From positions 1-4,534 of the IMG/VR virus record IMGVR_UViG_2778261058_000008: a stretch of 4,534 bases of DNA; one strand, given 5' to 3'. The translations under genes and the position numbers were made by a program. This DNA comes from a virus. Taxonomy: Duplodnaviria; Heunggongvirae; Uroviricota; Caudoviricetes. Below are positions 4,194 to 4,534 of this stretch, piece after piece (within the stretch, counting starts at the first letter, position 1; the number at the start of each line of letters is the position of its first letter). Below the pieces are notes generated by a model that had not been told where the DNA came from, searched no databases, and saw only the letters and a list, made by a program, of their open reading frames with translations.

Positions 4194-4534
4194 ATGGCTA
4201 ATACTGTAAAAATATCCAGTTGTGAGTTAATCAACGCTGATTGCCTGGAATTTATCCAGACCTTACCGGAAAACTCTGTCGATCTGATAGTCACAGACCC
4301 GCCATACTTTAAAGTGAAGCCCGAGGGCTGGGATAACCAGTGGAAGGGCGACGATGATTACCTGAAATGGCTGGATCAGTGTCTGGCGCAATTCTGGCGG
4401 GTACTGAAACCTGCCGGAAGTCTCTACCTGTTCTGTGGTCATCGCCTGGCATCTGACACCGAAATCATGATGCGTCAGCGCTTTAATGTGCTGAACCACA
4501 TTATCTGGGCGAAGCCGTCCGGACGCTGGAACGG
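4194..4534 (+). CDS. N6-adenine DNA methyltransferase (N6_N4 MTase type), 5' part only; runs off the window
   Basis: Hand translation from ATG 4194 gives MANTVKISSCELINADCLEFIQTLPENSVDLIVTDPPYF... with the catalytic DPPY motif in the SVDLI-x-x-DPPY context seen in beta-class adenine methylases such as E. coli YhdJ. In-frame TGA directly upstream (4188-4190) fixes the start. No stop before the window end, which is why it is missing from the ORF track. Confidence 0.85.
   Translation, partial: MANTVKISSCELINADCLEFIQTLPENSVDLIVTDPPYFKVKPEGWDNQWKGDDDYLKWLDQCLAQFWRVLKPAGSLYLFCGHRLASDTEIMMRQRFNVLNHIIWAKPSGRWN

Noticed and set aside
3985-4209. + strand ORFs 3985-4209 and 4019-4201
   Set aside because: They overlap the end of the 65-aa gene in other frames and stop at the methylase start; no SD. 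The interval 4044-4193 is treated as non-coding.
4263-4499. Minus-strand ORF, 78 aa
   Set aside because: Antisense to the methyltransferase, whose frame is fixed by the DPPY motif.
1-4534. tRNA genes, CRISPR repeats, IS elements
   Set aside because: Looked for tRNA-like T-arm signatures (GTTCGAATC-like) after the Q-like gene, where lambdoid phages often carry tRNAs, and for repeat-spacer arrays or IS terminal inverted repeats. None found.

Overview
This window reads as a lambdoid (Qin-like) prophage segment from an enterobacterium, with every supported gene on the + strand. All family assignments come from reading the translations and from recalled reference sequences, not from a database search. 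In order: a complete hok/sok-type type I toxin locus (promoter, 5' hairpin, mok-like start, Hok CDS 207-362, 3' hairpin and terminator); a small Rem-position ORF (529-801); a 349-aa DUF968/YdfU-like protein (803-1852); RusA Holliday-junction resolvase (1865-2224); a Q-like late antiterminator (2221-2910) followed by a PR'-like promoter and tR'-like terminator; a stand-alone MazF/PemK-like toxin-fold gene (3104-3505) with no adjacent antitoxin ORF; a dense palindrome cluster; a strong promoter feeding a short terminated transcript (sRNA candidate, ~3576-3690); a 65-aa probable winged-helix protein (3846-4043); and the 5' part of an N6-adenine DNA methyltransferase (4194 to window end). The most interesting part is the roughly 720-bp block between two near-identical copies of the tR'-like terminator, which carries the orphan MazF-like gene, the palindromes and the sRNA-like unit. 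A second point of interest is that the mok-equivalent start codon is in frame with hok. No tRNA, CRISPR array or IS element was seen.
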